Counted from the first letter of the stretch, positions 48,628 to 61,965 are shown. The stretch: DNA of 64,000 nucleotides from Lophium mytilinum (GCA_010093605.1 MU004197.1:310001-374000); one strand, 5' to 3'. The notes: generated by a model not told the origin, from the letters alone. A program made the numbers and translations.

Positions 48628-49395
48628 TAATCCACCTATAGACCAACATATCAGCAGGCCCAGCTCTTGAACGAAGACGAAATACTTTCTAAGACGATGC
48701 GAAGTGTGGTGAAGGTCTATTTTGGCTGGGGTCACGTGTCTTGCCTGCGACAAACACTGCAAACACGACAAACCTTCGACTCTCGATTTTCGAAAGCATC
48801 CGAATCTTGTCACCGCACCACGGTACCGTACGAAACAGGCTTGCGTCTACCACCCCTCCCACAACGCAACCTCTAGAGTGGATAGCGTGCCGAACCTCCC
48901 TACCTTAGCACACAATGTGCTTGCTTCAGGCTCTCACTCCAAACCCTGAGCTTACTTCCTCAAAGATTCTTCTTTCCCCCAATATACACTTGTCCATCCA
49001 TTTCCATCTAAACTCCTCTACAATGTATACTAGAGGTTGGTGAGGTTGCGGTAATATACTTGATGTAACCCTAAATGTGGTTACTACCGATGGTTGGGCT
49101 GTTCATCACGTGATACTGCCTTGCCTCATGAACTGTTGACACAGCACCTACTGTATAGTCCTTCTACATACTTCCGCTGAAATACAGCTCACGAGCACCG
49201 GAACTAAAGAAACCATGCATCAGACATTTACTACCCGGTTGTTTCGTAAGTCTTATCTTTTTAAGCGATTTTCTAACTGTGGATGGGAACATGTGGTTAT
49301 GAGAGGGCAAACGGCACAAAAGCTCGTGGGTCTTCCAACGTAATGAGTTCAGCACAAATACAGCGGTATTTACAGATTGAGACTCACGAAGAGAT

Positions 49396-50495
49396 CTAGC
49401 ACCCACACCCACCATCTCCCCCAATTTCTCCATGCCTCACCATCAACGCCACCCTCCCAACCTCATCCCGCCATCCGCTCCTCCCAGTCTCGCTCGCCCC
49501 CTCCCACCCCTTCCACGCTCCAACGCCATCATCCCAAACCGCCACCCTCCCCATCAACGCAACCCCCCCATCAAAATACCCCCTCTTCATCCTCTCCGTC
49601 GCCTCCTTCTTCGCGCCCTCGATCAACCCCTCATACCGATCCAACTCCTTCCCCAGCTTCTTCTCAACAACCTCAACCAACTCATCCTGCGACGCCTGAA
49701 AACTACACGTCCAAACCTCATTCCCCTCCCCTTTCCTCCGCCCAGTCGCCACCTCCACAATACTCTTCGCAACGTCCTTATAAGTCGACACAGCAATCTT
49801 AAGATCCTTATCATGCGGAAACACGACAACACTAGCCCACAAACAATCAATCCCAAGCACCCCATCCGTCTTCATCGCTTCCTCGAGCACGACGCCAGAA
49901 TAAATCGCAGTCCAGCTCATCCCGCTGCTTTTGAGCTTCTGCTGCGTGTCATAGCGCATGCGGTACGGATGCAGCAGTTCTCTGACTTTCGGGTTGCTGG
50001 TGTCCAGCCCGTATTCTGAGGGGATGAAGGTCTTGACGCCGGCGGCGGTTGCGGCGTCGATGAGGTCGGCGGTTAGGTGCAGGTCGGAGCCGGTCAAGTA
50101 GCAGATCAGGGTGTCATTTTCTCTAAGGTGTGTTTGGAGCTCGGAGGCAGAGAAGGAGGTTTCGATGTGTAGGATCTCGGAGTCGTGGGGGTGGTTGGTT
50201 GAGTCATGGGAGTGGTGGCCGGATGAGAGGGGGAGGGAGACGGTGGTTTTGCGGGTGAGGACTGTGACTTTGATGCCGGGTTGGTGGGAGAGTTCGTGGA
50301 GGAGGTGGGCAAGAAGTGGCTCTGTTGGTGTCTACACAGGGTTAGTACTGGTGTTTGAACATCGGATGTTTGGACTTGAAAGGAGGAGTCGGCTGTCACG
50401 TGACATGTCGACGCCGTGGCTGGGAACGTTGTTGGATTGGCTGCACTTACCGCCGCAACAACGACGCTTCTTATGCTATCTCCCGTGGACCCCAT
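49396..50495 (-). CDS. NmrA/isoflavone-reductase-like NAD(P)-binding protein (1 intron)
   Basis: MGSTGDSIRSVVVA; LIDAATAAGVKTFIPSEYGLD; WTAIYSG. Confidence 0.85.
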
Positions 50496-50889
50496 TTTGT
50501 TTGAATGTGCTCTGGAAAAGACGTTCGTTCGATAGACTTGATATGTCTTCTAGAATCGGTCGACCGGAAGCGGGGTAAGTGGCGGAATGATGGATGATTT
50601 TTGAATTTCTATTGGAGCCAACTCTAGACTATTTAGTTTAGGCTTTAGGTACGGGCGAACTTACGGTCTTGAGTCTTGCGGCGGCCTGGTCTTTCAACTA
50701 CTCTTTCCAATTGAGTATCAAGCATGAAACTCGCAGTCCAATTTAACGATATGGATATTGTTACAATATCAAAAGAAGTTTCCGCGATGAAAGGAAATGA
50801 TCTGGGTCTGGTCAATGGCTAGTCTTCTCCATTTGTGGTAACTTTATTCCTCCCATCCCCGGTGGAATTCGTTAGCATCACCGCGGTAT

Positions 50890-51498
50890 CTAAATCTTCC
50901 TCCCCCAACCAACTTGTCTCTCAATCCCATTCTCTTCCTTTCCCTTCCCTAGCACCCTGACCGCCAGGCTCGGCTTCCTTACCAATGTCTGTAGTACGAC
51001 ACAGTACCTCTCCGTCAGCTTACCCAGCTTCTCAACATCATCATCCGTGACCTGTTCACCTCCCTCTTTCAGGCCGAATTGCAGATCAAACGCCAGCCGG
51101 ATATCCGTGATCCCCACCGGCGCTGTCTTATCCACGCCCAACGTTCCCTTGAAATCCATGTCCCCCTCTGCTGTCACCGTGCCGCTTTCTATAGGTATTC
51201 CAAGGGCTGTTGCGACTGCTTTGAGCGTTACGCCGGAGCAAGCCACAAGTGCGTCGAGTAGCATATTACCGGAACATAGTTCGCCAGAGAGTTCGGGGTC
51301 GGGCCCGCCGGCTTTAGGATGCAGGCCTGCGACTTTTGCGGCAGATTTTAGGGCAGAGCCGGTGTCCAGTTTGCAGGTTATCGAGCTGGAGTCAAGGGAG
51401 CCGGTAGATTTGAGGGTTATGAGCGCAGCGTTGGGTGTGTCGCGGTAGGAGGACTTGATCGGGGCTTGCTGCTCGCGGAGGGATTGTGCTTGCGTCAT
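50890..51498 (-). CDS. OsmC/Ohr family protein, intronless
   Basis: AGLHPKAGG..LCSGNMLLDALVACSGVT; EGDMDFKGTLGV; TERYCVVLQT (two conserved Cys). Confidence 0.9.
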   Translation of the reverse strand: MTQAQSLREQQAPIKSSYRDTPNAALITLKSTGSLDSSSITCKLDTGSALKSAAKVAGLHPKAGGPDPELSGELCSGNMLLDALVACSGVTLKAVATALGIPIESGTVTAEGDMDFKGTLGVDKTAPVGITDIRLAFDLQFGLKEGGEQVTDDDVEKLGKLTERYCVVLQTLVRKPSLAVRVLGKGKEENGIERQVGWGRKI

Positions 51499-51928
51499 GA
51501 TTGAGGAGAGGATGGGAAGTGAACCGCCAGCTTTTAATGTTTTGAGACGTGAAGTGAGGAAATTGAAAGTTTGAGATTGACGCGGTGAATGATTGAAACT
51601 TGAAAGCGGATGACGGTGGTTGAGTAGATCTTTGAGAGATGCAGAGAGAAGGAGAGCTAGCTTATATACCTGTACTACTCACACGGGCGGGAGCTTACTC
51701 GAATGACTGAAACTAGGAACATTACTTCTTTTGAGAAACCTTTCTAGACTTTACACTAATATCAACAAACGGCGATGGTTGTCGAATGTGGTAGGCTGGA
51801 GCTGACAGAACCCCGCAAAGGACCAAAGGAGCCGGCGGGGAAGCTCCACATCTTACTACGGACGCCTCCCGCGTTTGTGCTCCATCTCTAGCCATACAAC
51901 CCTTAACCCCCAAACGCCACCAAGCACG

Positions 51929-52402
51929 ATGTCGGAATACACGTCCACGCGCGAGGGCTTCCAGCGCGCTATGAAGTGGAGCCTCACCGGCCCGCCGGAA
52001 GAGGCCAAGCTGTACGCCGAGGGCACCGCGACGCCAACCTTCTACCAGGTTATGAACGGCCAGCGAATTGAGTACGACGACTACGTCAAGGGCATCACTG
52101 AGTGGAGGGCCAAGATTAGTGCCTATGAGCCGATGGTGTGGGTGGAGTCTTCTTCCTTTCTTCCTGTGTAAAGGCACTGCTTCAACCTGACATCCCTTGC
52201 TTACTCTAGTGACGAGTTCCTCCGCGACGGCGACCAGTTGGCGGCGCGCATGACGGGCACCATCAAGGTCGATGGAATCGAAACCGTGTTTGAGAGCTTC
52301 ATGTTTGCCAAGATCGACAAGGAGAGCGGTAGGATGGTTTCGCTGATCGAGCGCTCTGTTTGGGGACCTGCGGGCGCACAGCCAGAGCATGGAGTTAATT
52401 GA
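51929..52402 (+). CDS. Small SnoaL/NTF2-like protein (1 intron)
   Basis: MSEYTSTREGFQRAMKWSL...; exon 2 DEFLRDGDQLAARMTGTIKVDG..FMFAKIDKESGRM..LIERS. Confidence 0.7.
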
Positions 52403-53726
52403 GAGTCAACGGACAAGCACAAGCCTGGTCCCCAGGCACGGGAGAGGGAGATATCTGTTCGCGTCAGTACACCAGCTTCTGAATATATCGTCGACATTCG
52501 ACGCTGCCATGCCTCAGTCGCGGTCATCGTTTTGGTCCCAGTCATCATTTTTGTTCGAGCGATGACTGGATTTTAAACCGAACAATCTGGTGGAAGTAAC
52601 GGCAATGGTAGATGGAGAGGACGGATGTAAGAGTTCTTCCATGGTGGTGGCGGATCAAACAATCCTGTTCCCACGAGACATGTTGGCGCGCGGAGCAAAA
52701 TGACACACTACCCCACCGAATGGAGAGGTGGAGCTGGGCGTGAACCGCAGAGCCAAGGTCTTGCGATGAGCAAATTGAGAGTTCTTATCGCTCATGTGTG
52801 CGGTCCGGGGATTTTGGAAATCTGCAACGGTGGTGTGGTTTCGACTTTAGAACGATGATGGCAAACGTGTGTTTCTGCTGGTGACGTCGATGATAATCAA
52901 AAGCTCTTGACGATTGTGTTCCAGACTGTCTTGATCAACATTATTCAGGGCCGTAGACCGTCGTATAAGGTAGGTGCTGGCCATCACCACCGCCTGTTAG
53001 GCCCTGCACACTACTCACCCCCGAAAGACTCCATGAATGAATCCAATGTACGTTTTTGATCCCCAAACCAACCCACACACCCAACAGAACATGTGTTCTC
53101 ATAATGTTCTGTTTTTGATTCCGCAGACCAGTCCGACACATCGCGCTCTAGGTCTTGATTTTTGATCTGGATTGCAGACTTCGCCCTGGTTCTAGGATAG
53201 TAGAAAACGAACGCTCTTTTATACCCACCGGAAGAAGCGCGCACAGGGGATGCACGTGAACACCAAGAGTGCACGTGAGCTATGCTGATAGGGCAGGGAT
53301 TATCAAGGGCGAAAAACGAGAGAAGAAGATGATGGGTAAGTTAGAAGTTAGGATTAGAGATGTGCGAAGTGTACCAGTATTGCCACCTTTCTAGACACAA
53401 TTTTGCCAGGAACCTCGCGAAGAACAGTGCAATCTCTGAAACTGTAGTGATGAAAGTAGGGAGATACAACGTAGCAGATAACTAATATATCATCAATTGT
53501 GAAGCGCGAAGGCCCGCCGTTTCTAGTGTTTTTGATGGTTACGTCGTAAAGTATGAGCTGTCAAACTTGAGGTCAGCAACGTTTAAGTACCCGCCAAGTC
53601 GTAAAAGAACCTAGCATGATCACTGACTCCTCAAACCTCACTACCTAATTATACTTTTACGATTCGATGAGATCGTCTGGTCCCTTCGATAGTCTTAGCA
53701 ATCCTTCGAACACAAAATAGTCCAAA

Positions 53727-54039
53727 ATGGGCCTCTTCAGCAAGAAGGAGAAATTCAAGACAGACAAGTACGGCCATCCAACCACGGGCAAATATGTCAG
53801 AGTCGATTACCCCACACCGCCCGGCGGAGCCCAGTACCGGGGTCGAGGTTCTTCACGCGGCAATCCCGTGCGGGGTGACTTCGTAGGTGGAGGACGCGGC
53901 GCTGGGTAAGTGAAGTTTGAACTTGCTGTCATTTCTATGTCAATATCTACCACGTAGACGACTACGAGTTGGCCAACAACGAAGAGCCGACAACGCGCAG
54001 CGCCTCCGTGATGTCAAAACAGCACGAGACTTAGTTTGA
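53727..54039 (+). CDS. Small basic Gly/Arg-rich hypothetical protein (1 intron)
   Basis: MGLFSKK start (possible N-myristoylation); GTAAGT..TAG intron gives an in-frame exon 2 RLRVGQQRRADNAQRLRD. Confidence 0.5.
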
Positions 54040-54112
54040 GAATACTCCCCTGTCCTCAACATTTACAACTTTTTGAAGACTAAGCCCTTGCTCTTCTTGA
54101 GAATGAGTCAAC

Positions 54113-55678
54113 ATGGGAAAGCCTCGCAAACTGATACCGGGTCGCGACTATCCCGCACGCGAGCAACAGTCACGGCGTAGCTTGAACGCACCACTAACTC
54201 GTGGCCCTAGGCCTGGACAACAATTCGGCATGCGCGGTGGCATGCGCGGTGGGCCCATGGGATTCGGGGGGCCGAACCCCGTAACCGTGCCCGGTGTTTT
54301 TAATAACGACGACGAGGCGTTCGAGAATATCACATTCGGGGGAGGACCGGGCCTACCAGCGGGACTTGACGTACCAATTCGATTCAATACTAGAGGCGGG
54401 ACGGGCCAAGGCTTCGGTGGACGTGGCGGCGGGGGGATGGGAGGCGCGGTACCAATTCGAGGCGGATTTGGTGGGATGGGTGGGATGGGTCAAGGCTCCG
54501 GTGGAGCTGTGCCTGTACAGGGAGGATTCGGAATGGGCGGACGTGGCGGTATGGGGAGGGGAGGCTTCCGAGGGGGAAGTGGTGGAGGGTACGATAGTGT
54601 TCGACGTGCAACAATTGCTGGCCTAGGGCTGGGAGGCTTCCGAGGTGGTTTTGGAGGTCGTGGAGGACTCGCTGGTGGCGGTCGCGGTGGAGGTGTTGGC
54701 ATGGGCGGCGGCTTTGGGGCATTTCCTGCGGGCTTTGGTGGCTTCGAAGCTCCTGCGGCTGGTGGAGGCACGTTCGGTGGTGTGGGAGGTAGAGGGGGCT
54801 TTGGAGGAGGTGGTCGAGGTGGCGCATTCGGTGCCAACAATTTCGCGACACAGGCTCCAACTCAGTGGGATGGGACTATAGGAGATGATAATGGGGATCC
54901 CCTCGGCTGGATGAACGACAACTTTACTCAAGGAAACCAGAACGCTGGCTCTCAAAACGCAGGATCCCAGCACGGCGGTGATGGAGGCGCTGGACCAGGG
55001 GATCCACTCGCAGGTTGGGGAAACGATAATGTTATGGGAGATGGGGGATCCAGGGCTGGGAGCCAGAGGGCCAGAAGCCGAAGCGAGAGTCAGAGTGCTA
55101 GCAGAGCGAGCCAGAGCGGAACGAGTAGACAATCCTCGGCGGGATCTCGAGCGAGCACAAATGCAAACCAGGGCCAATGGCAGTCGGCAGCCTCAAATAA
55201 CAGGACTGCCTCCAGATCAGCGACTGCCAACACCACCCGAGGCAGTAGCCGAGCACCAAATGCAGCATCAGGATCCGATAGCCGCATACCACCGCCTGGT
55301 ACTGTGGTAACGGGCCCGATCATCTTGCGGGACTCGTCCGGGAACGCACTACACGCGCTATTTTTAACGCTCAAGAATCCAGCCCCGAAAATGGGAGATA
55401 TGGCTGAAGCAGCAAGAAAGAAAGGGAAAGAGAAGAGATCCAAAATCAGAGACACGACGGCGGCTGAGATTGCATTGAATGCGATGATACAAAAGAAGAC
55501 ATTGAGAGAAGTGTCAGATGGACCACGAGGGGCGATCTATGTAATTGAGAAGGATCAACACGAAGTCTATGGAGCGTTGGCAGAGCTTAGGACATGGCGA
55601 GGTGGCCGCTGGGAGTTGCTAGGAGTTGGGACCGACAAAAACGCGGGACGCCTGTTCATGCTGAAAGTTCCCATATGA
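54113..55678 (+). CDS. RGG/FG-rich low-complexity protein with a small ordered C-terminal domain (521 aa)
   Basis: Uninterrupted 521-codon ORF; many RGG/GGF/GGM units, two GDPLxGW motifs, an S/R/Q/N tract and an ordered C-terminus. Confidence 0.8.
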   Translation: MGKPRKLIPGRDYPAREQQSRRSLNAPLTRGPRPGQQFGMRGGMRGGPMGFGGPNPVTVPGVFNNDDEAFENITFGGGPGLPAGLDVPIRFNTRGGTGQGFGGRGGGGMGGAVPIRGGFGGMGGMGQGSGGAVPVQGGFGMGGRGGMGRGGFRGGSGGGYDSVRRATIAGLGLGGFRGGFGGRGGLAGGGRGGGVGMGGGFGAFPAGFGGFEAPAAGGGTFGGVGGRGGFGGGGRGGAFGANNFATQAPTQWDGTIGDDNGDPLGWMNDNFTQGNQNAGSQNAGSQHGGDGGAGPGDPLAGWGNDNVMGDGGSRAGSQRARSRSESQSASRASQSGTSRQSSAGSRASTNANQGQWQSAASNNRTASRSATANTTRGSSRAPNAASGSDSRIPPPGTVVTGPIILRDSSGNALHALFLTLKNPAPKMGDMAEAARKKGKEKRSKIRDTTAAEIALNAMIQKKTLREVSDGPRGAIYVIEKDQHEVYGALAELRTWRGGRWELLGVGTDKNAGRLFMLKVPI

Positions 55679-56222
55679 GGGATGTATTGAGTGACTGTTG
55701 ATGGTATTGCGGCACCAGGAGCAAAGAAAGGTAAACGGGTCAATGTAATGTTTGTAGTGTAGATAGCTTCTTTCTTTCATCGGGCAATTCAACTATGGCA
55801 TTATTTTGATAGCATGATCTGTGTGCTTCGTCCATGACTCGTGCATATTTGCCCCGGCACTTCCGGGATGTTTGAGGAAGAGGAATGAGGTGCAGGTAAG
55901 GGTTCTGATGCAAGCAAGCAGATTCGGGTGAGTTGAGGAGTATTGCAGGTCGTTTAAATGGCAAGATTGATGAATGGAAGTGTAGAGAAAGTGGTGATAG
56001 AAGCTTGGTGTTGACCTCGGGTCAAGGGCCTTGCATTCGCCGGTGGCCTGTGCGGCATTCTCGATTCTTCTGCAGCCGATCGTGAAGTTTTTATCGACGA
56101 GACATCAACAACCCAGCATCTCCTCCATCCATCGTCTTCTTCCCACCGTCTTTCAATCGGAGTACAGGAGCAAGGCTTGACTTTCTCTCTTCCTCTGTCT
56201 CTGTATACTACCACCTATCACA

Positions 56223-58099
56223 ATGCAGCGAACACTGGCATCGAGAGCGCGGACTTCGGTTCTATCTTCGAGCTCGAAGCTACGCACATCCAGTTTCAAC
56301 CTCCAACAGCAGCGGTTTGCGCACAAGGTATGTTACTCTATGAATATCAATACCTTACATAGCTCTGAGTCCCATCTAACAATCTCTACAGGAGCTTAAG
56401 TTTGGTGTCGAGGGCCGGGCAGCTTTACTGAATGGCATCGAGACTCTCGCAAAGGCCGTTGCCACAACACTAGGTCCCAAGGGCCGGAATGTGCTAATCG
56501 AGTCTCCTTATGGCTCACCGAAAATCACAAAGGGTATGTGAGGGCAAAAGTCTAGAATTGTTGGACCACGCTGACAAACAAATAGATGGTGTCACCGTCG
56601 CGAAAGCCATCACCCTCAAGGACAAGTTCGAGAACCTGGGTGCTCGTTTGATCCAGGACGTTGCTTCCAAGACCAACGAGGTCGCTGGTGATGGAACTAC
56701 TACCGCCACTGTCCTCGCCCGTGCCATTTTCTCCGAGACCGTCAAGAACGTCGCCGCTGGATGCAACCCCATGGATCTGCGGAGAGGAACCCAGGCTGCC
56801 GTTCAGGCTGTGGTGGAATACCTACAAGCGCATAAGAAGGACATCACTACCAGCGAGGAGATTTCCCAGGTTGCCACTATCTCTGCCAACGGCGACACCC
56901 ACATTGGCAAGCTGCTGTCGAATGCGATGGAGAAGGTCGGCAAGGAGGGTGTTATCACCGTGAAAGAGGGAAAGACGACCGAGGATGAGCTCGAGGTTAC
57001 CGAGGGCATGAAATTCGACCGTGGATTCATCTCGCCCTACTTCATCACCGATACCAAGACTGCAAAGGTGGAATTCGAGAAGCCCCTGATCCTTCTGTCG
57101 GAGAAGAAGATCTCGGCTGTGCAAGACATCGTCCCTGCTCTCGAGGCTTCCCAGCAGCTCCGCCGACCCCTCGTCATTATTGCCGAGGACATCGACGGCG
57201 AGGCTCTTGCCGTCTGCATTCTCAACAAGCTCCGTGGCCAGCTTCAGGTCGCTGCCATCAAGGCCCCCGGCTTCGGTGACAATCGCAAGTCTATCCTCGG
57301 TGACCTCGGCGTTCTCACCAACGCTACCGTCTTTACTGATGAGCTTGACCTCAAGCTCGAGAAGGCTACTGTCGACCATCTTGGATCCACTGGCTCGATC
57401 ACCATCACGAAGGAGGACACCGTCATTCTCAATGGTGAGGGTAGCAAGGATGCTGTTGTTCAGCGCTGCGAGCAGATCCGCGGTGTGATGGCTGATCCTA
57501 CCACCTCCGAGTACGAGAAGGAAAAGCTCCAGGAGCGTCTTGCCAAGCTCTCTGGTGGAGTTGCGGTTATCAAGGTTGGTGGCGCCTCCGAAGTCGAGGT
57601 TGGTGAGAAGAAGGATCGGATTGTCGATGCTCTCAACGCCACCCGCGCTGCCGTCGAGGAGGGTATCCTCCCCGGTGGTGGAACCGCTCTCCTCAAGGCC
57701 GCTGCCAATGCGCTCAAGGACCTCAAGCCCGCCAACTTCGACCAGCAACTCGGTGTGAGCATCATTAAGAACGCCATCACCCGTCCCGCACGAATGATCG
57801 TTGAAAACGCTGGTGCTGAGGGAGCCGTCATTGTTGGCAAGCTTATGGACGAGTTCGGTGCCGACTTCAACAAGGGCTTCGACAGCGCCAAGGGTGAATA
57901 CGTTGACATGATTTCTGCCGGTATCCTTGACCCCTTCAAGGTCGTCCGCACTGCCCTCACCGACGCTAGCGGTGTTGCGTCCCTACTAGGAACGACTGAA
58001 GTAGCCATCGTAGAAGCACCAGAAGAGAAGGGCCCGCCACCAGGAATGGGTGGTGGAGGTATGGGCGGCATGGGTGGCATGGGCGGAGGCATGTTCTAG
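56223..58099 (+). CDS. HSP60: Mitochondrial chaperonin Hsp60 (2 introns)
   Basis: Presequence [41 protein letters not shown] tail. Confidence 0.98.
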
Positions 58100-58755
58100 A
58101 TGGAAAGCGAGGCTCCCTACTCCGACATCTCAATCCCTCCCTGCATTGCGCCTCTCTTGTATACCCCTTCCCTCTCCCGACTCTCCTCACTGCTCTCGTA
58201 TATGGCATCAGGATTGCTCAGCTCTCCACTCTCTTCACCCTACCTGATTCACAAATCCTTGCAAGCGGAATCTTGTTTTGGGATTGTTCTGGTACTGTAC
58301 CACATCATGTTTACATAAACGAATGGGGAAAATGAGAGGATAGATACAAAAGCAAAATGAAATCAAGAATAAACACTCAAACAGGCCCATGATTATGCGT
58401 GAAATGACCGGGATGCACTGATCTTGGTAATTGCTCACCAGCTGTGAATATTGACAGCCCGACTGACGGCGGTGGTCTGTGCGCCCCCACCACCAAAGCC
58501 TTCGACGAGGGGCATTTGCGGTCGCCTACTCAACTCTCCCCACGGCACCTTCGTACTCTCCTCCCTCACACTCCTCCAACCCGACCGTCGCATACTCGGA
58601 TCTATGTGGGTATCCTGTCGTAATCCTCTAGGCACCTGCGCGCAACAGGACTGGAACCTAGTACGAGCACGAGCTGACAGTGGCGATGCAGATAAGTAGG
58701 CTGCCTGCTGTAACAACACAACACCAACTCTCTTCCTCTTCACAGTAGCGATATT

Positions 58756-59633
58756 ATGGTGAGTTTGTCAATTTGGATGCGCTTTGTGGAAATTTACTAA
58801 CATGTGTAGGCTTCATCCGGGTACGTACATCTCCTACACGATCGCATCATTACAGCCCTCCCCGGTCTTTCAGGCCCTTATGCCCCTTCCGCCCCCTTTC
58901 CTCCTTCCCTCGACACATACACACAAACCCTCGCATCGAATCGGCGTCTGCGTATCGATAATGGTCTATTCCCTGAGCCCATACTCGAAGTCAGACTAAC
59001 AGGACCCCCCTCGATAGTGTCACCGTCGCCCCCGAGTGCATTCAGGCCTTCAACGACCTCAAGCTTGGCAAGAGCGTCAAATGGATCATCTTCAAGATTA
59101 GCGATGACTGGAAGGAGATTGTGGTTGATGAGCAGTCGACCGAGGACGACTACTCCACATTCCGCGAGAAGCTGCTCAACGCCAAGAGTACATGGAAGGG
59201 CAAGGAGGGCCTCGGTGGGCGATATGCCGTTTACGATGTTGCGTACGACTCGGGCGAAGGCCAGAGGTGAGTGTCGTAATACCCAACACCACGCATTGAG
59301 AATGCGGTCTCGGGACCGCATCTAAGAGTGGAATATCAGGACGAGGCTGATATATATACAGGAACAAGATCGCCTTCATCTCTTGGGTCCCGGATGATTC
59401 GCCACAGCACGTAAGTTAAACCCTACAATTGAACCCTACAGGTTCTATCATTGTTTAGTACCTTATTACTCGAACCGCAATACTGATCTCGACGAATACA
59501 GCCCCGCATGATGTACTCGTCCTCCAAAGAGTCCATCAAGCGCTCCCTCAACGGCTTCCACGCCGATATCCAGGCCAATGATGCCGACGACATCGAGTAC
59601 GACAACATCATCACGCGCGTGTCCAGGCGTTAA
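58756..59633 (+). CDS. COF1: Cofilin/ADF (ATG-only exon, 11-nt micro-exon, 4 introns)
   Basis: M|ASSG|VTVAPECIQAFNDLKL..WIIFKI; RYAVYDV; NKIAFISWVPD; MMYSSSKESIKRSL. Confidence 0.95.
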
Positions 59634-60155
59634 ATCGGCCTACTCTGCAAGCGCATAACGTCCTGCCCCTCCTTTGGTCGCATGAGGAGCAGAAAAGGAC
59701 TTTCTACAATTGGGCTGGCTTTCTTTTGTGTTGATGCGATGATTGATGACGAATTGGCGGGTGGGTGGTAGCGGGGACATTCAGGAGCCCTTGAGCGGGG
59801 CGGTAGATGTGCTCACCAGAGCAGTTGCAGAGGGCGGTATATATCTACTGCCGAGAGTATGAGCGGTTGCAGGCATATTGAGGATGTGGGCGTCGGATAG
59901 AGAATGCTAAAACTGTCGTATCTGGCATATCACTCAGTCTCTTATATGTTGCAATGGACGAGCATGAACACATCTGATCATTATCTTTATACCTACAGTC
60001 GTCGCTGCCCGCTTGATTGCACTAGAAGAATGATCGACTCCTAATCGAAGTCGCCTAGAAATGAATATGTGCCCGGCATGTATGCGCTCAACTGTACAAG
60101 CCACACCAATCAACCCAATTTCCACTCCACCCCTCCCTCTACTCTCCCTCCACCC

Positions 60156-60903
60156 TCAACCCTCCTTTTCCCAAACCCCCCTAAACGCCTTCGCCCACCT
60201 CTCCCCCTCCCCCTCATCCCTAAGCCGCTGCACCAGAAACCCCTTCAAATCCCCCCAAAACTCCTCCGTCTTCAGTTCCTCCGCCCCACTCGGCCCCTGC
60301 GCCACCGCGCCCACCTCCTTCTCCTCTCCCATCACCGGCTGCGGTATCTCCACCGCCGGCGACCCCACCGGCGTGCCCCCCAACGCACCCATCACCATAA
60401 CCCCAAACTCCAGCCCTGCCTCCCCGCCATCGCCCGCGAAGTCGGATAATGTCTTCGAGTCCGGCGCTGGTTTCTTTTTGTATAGCACCTTGATCTTCGC
60501 GACGTCGGTGGAGGTCTGGGCAGCGTAGGCGGCTTTGAGGTCGTAGACGGAAGTGGAGAGGGGTTGGGATGGGAGCGAGATGGTGGGGTGGGAGGCTTTG
60601 AGGGGTTTGAGGGTGATGGTGAGGCCGCTCGTTGCGGAAGTGGGCGACTTGCGGCGGGGTTTGGAGGGGTGGTTTGAGGGGAGGCGGGGGAGGGTGTACT
60701 TCGGATGTGTTAGTTTGGGGGTGGTAATACGATGAGGGAGGCAGAGAATAGAGGAAGTTCAGAGGGTATGGGGAGGGGTGGGAACTACGTACGGCGTTTG
60801 AGGCGGGATAGGAGCGCGGGTCGGCGATGTGGTCGCTGGAGAGTTTAATGGGGCGCGAGTCGAGGGCTGTGAGGAACTGTTTTGCGAAGACGAGTTCGGA
60901 CAT
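60156..60903 (-). CDS. GET5: Get5/Mdy2-like ubiquitin-like protein (1 intron)
   Basis: MSELVFAKQFLTALDSRPIKLSSD; UBL-like ..KIKVLYKKKP..DSKTL; C-terminal EFWGDLKGFLVQRL. Confidence 0.75.
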
Positions 60904-61036
60904 TTTGGCGGTTGGGAGTCGGACTCTATGGTGTGGTGTTGAGGCGTTTTGGTGGTGTGTATTCAGTCTGGCTTCGAGACTGGGAACTCGAATCGATGGA
61001 TGACGATTTAGCTATTCTATATGAGCAGGGGTTCAT

Positions 61037-61072
61037 CGAGCCGAGTCTTGGCACAAAGGCGGTGAGTGAATT
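61037..61072. repeat. 36-bp direct repeat, left copy
   Basis: CGAGCCGAGTCTTGGCACAAAGGCGGTGAGTGAATT, identical to 63790-63825. Confidence 0.95.
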
Positions 61073-61749
61073 ATCGATTGGCCTTAGCACATAAATAGGT
61101 AAATAAACTTTCTAACTTTATCTTGAGATACTACTAGTAATACGTACTAGAGTACCTGTAAGTGCAAAGATACACTTGCGAATGTTTATAAGATATGGCG
61201 AGTTCAAATGTACACCTCAACAGTGTAGCACTGTAATCTATCAGCCAAAGCGTCGGACAACGTGCTAGTTTATTCTACTATCGCTCCTGCAAACATCGCC
61301 ACCTTTCTCTATTTTGACTAAGACAATTCCTCCGTCCTTACTCTATGGGCGCCTCGAATTTCCATCACCCAGCTTCCAACCTCCATTGTTGCCAGCCTCA
61401 ATGATACCTTCAACAAAAGGCCATTACTCAAATTCTTCGACTCGCTGCCAGTCTACTAATGTACTGCCCTTGAAATCCTTCTCCAGGTGGCACCCAACGT
61501 GTTCTATTCGCTACCTTCCACGAAATTGCGATCGCGAAATCTATAACTCAACTTTGATAATGTATCTCAAGTAGAAGGATGATATGCTACTGCCTCATGC
61601 TTTCGACTGCTTGTATAGTAATGCCCTGGAACCAAACGAGAACATAGTCCCTTCCCTACATCCGCGTTGGTGTTGCAGGTCACCCTCAGTCGTTTTTACT
61701 AGAACGAGCATGCAGCTTCTATTCCTTCCCTCCCGGCGGTCAGTGCTCA

Positions 61750-61965
61750 CACCTTCCATCCATCTCTTCTCTTCCCCTCCATCCACCTTCTCTTCTCCTT
61801 CATCCATCCTCCATTCATCTTCCCTTCATCCCTTCATCCATCTTCTCTTCATTCATCTTCTCTTCATCCACCTTCTCGTCATCCACCTTCTCGGCCATGC
61901 ATCTTCCCGGCCATGCACCTTCTCGTCCATGTACCTCCTCGTCCGTCCACCTTCTCGTCCTCGTC
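61750..61965. repeat. Degenerate ~15-bp minisatellite (catccaccttctc..)
   Basis: Recurrent tcatccaccttctc / tcatcttctct units; minus strand reads EKVDDEKVDEEKMNEEKMD. Confidence 0.75.
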
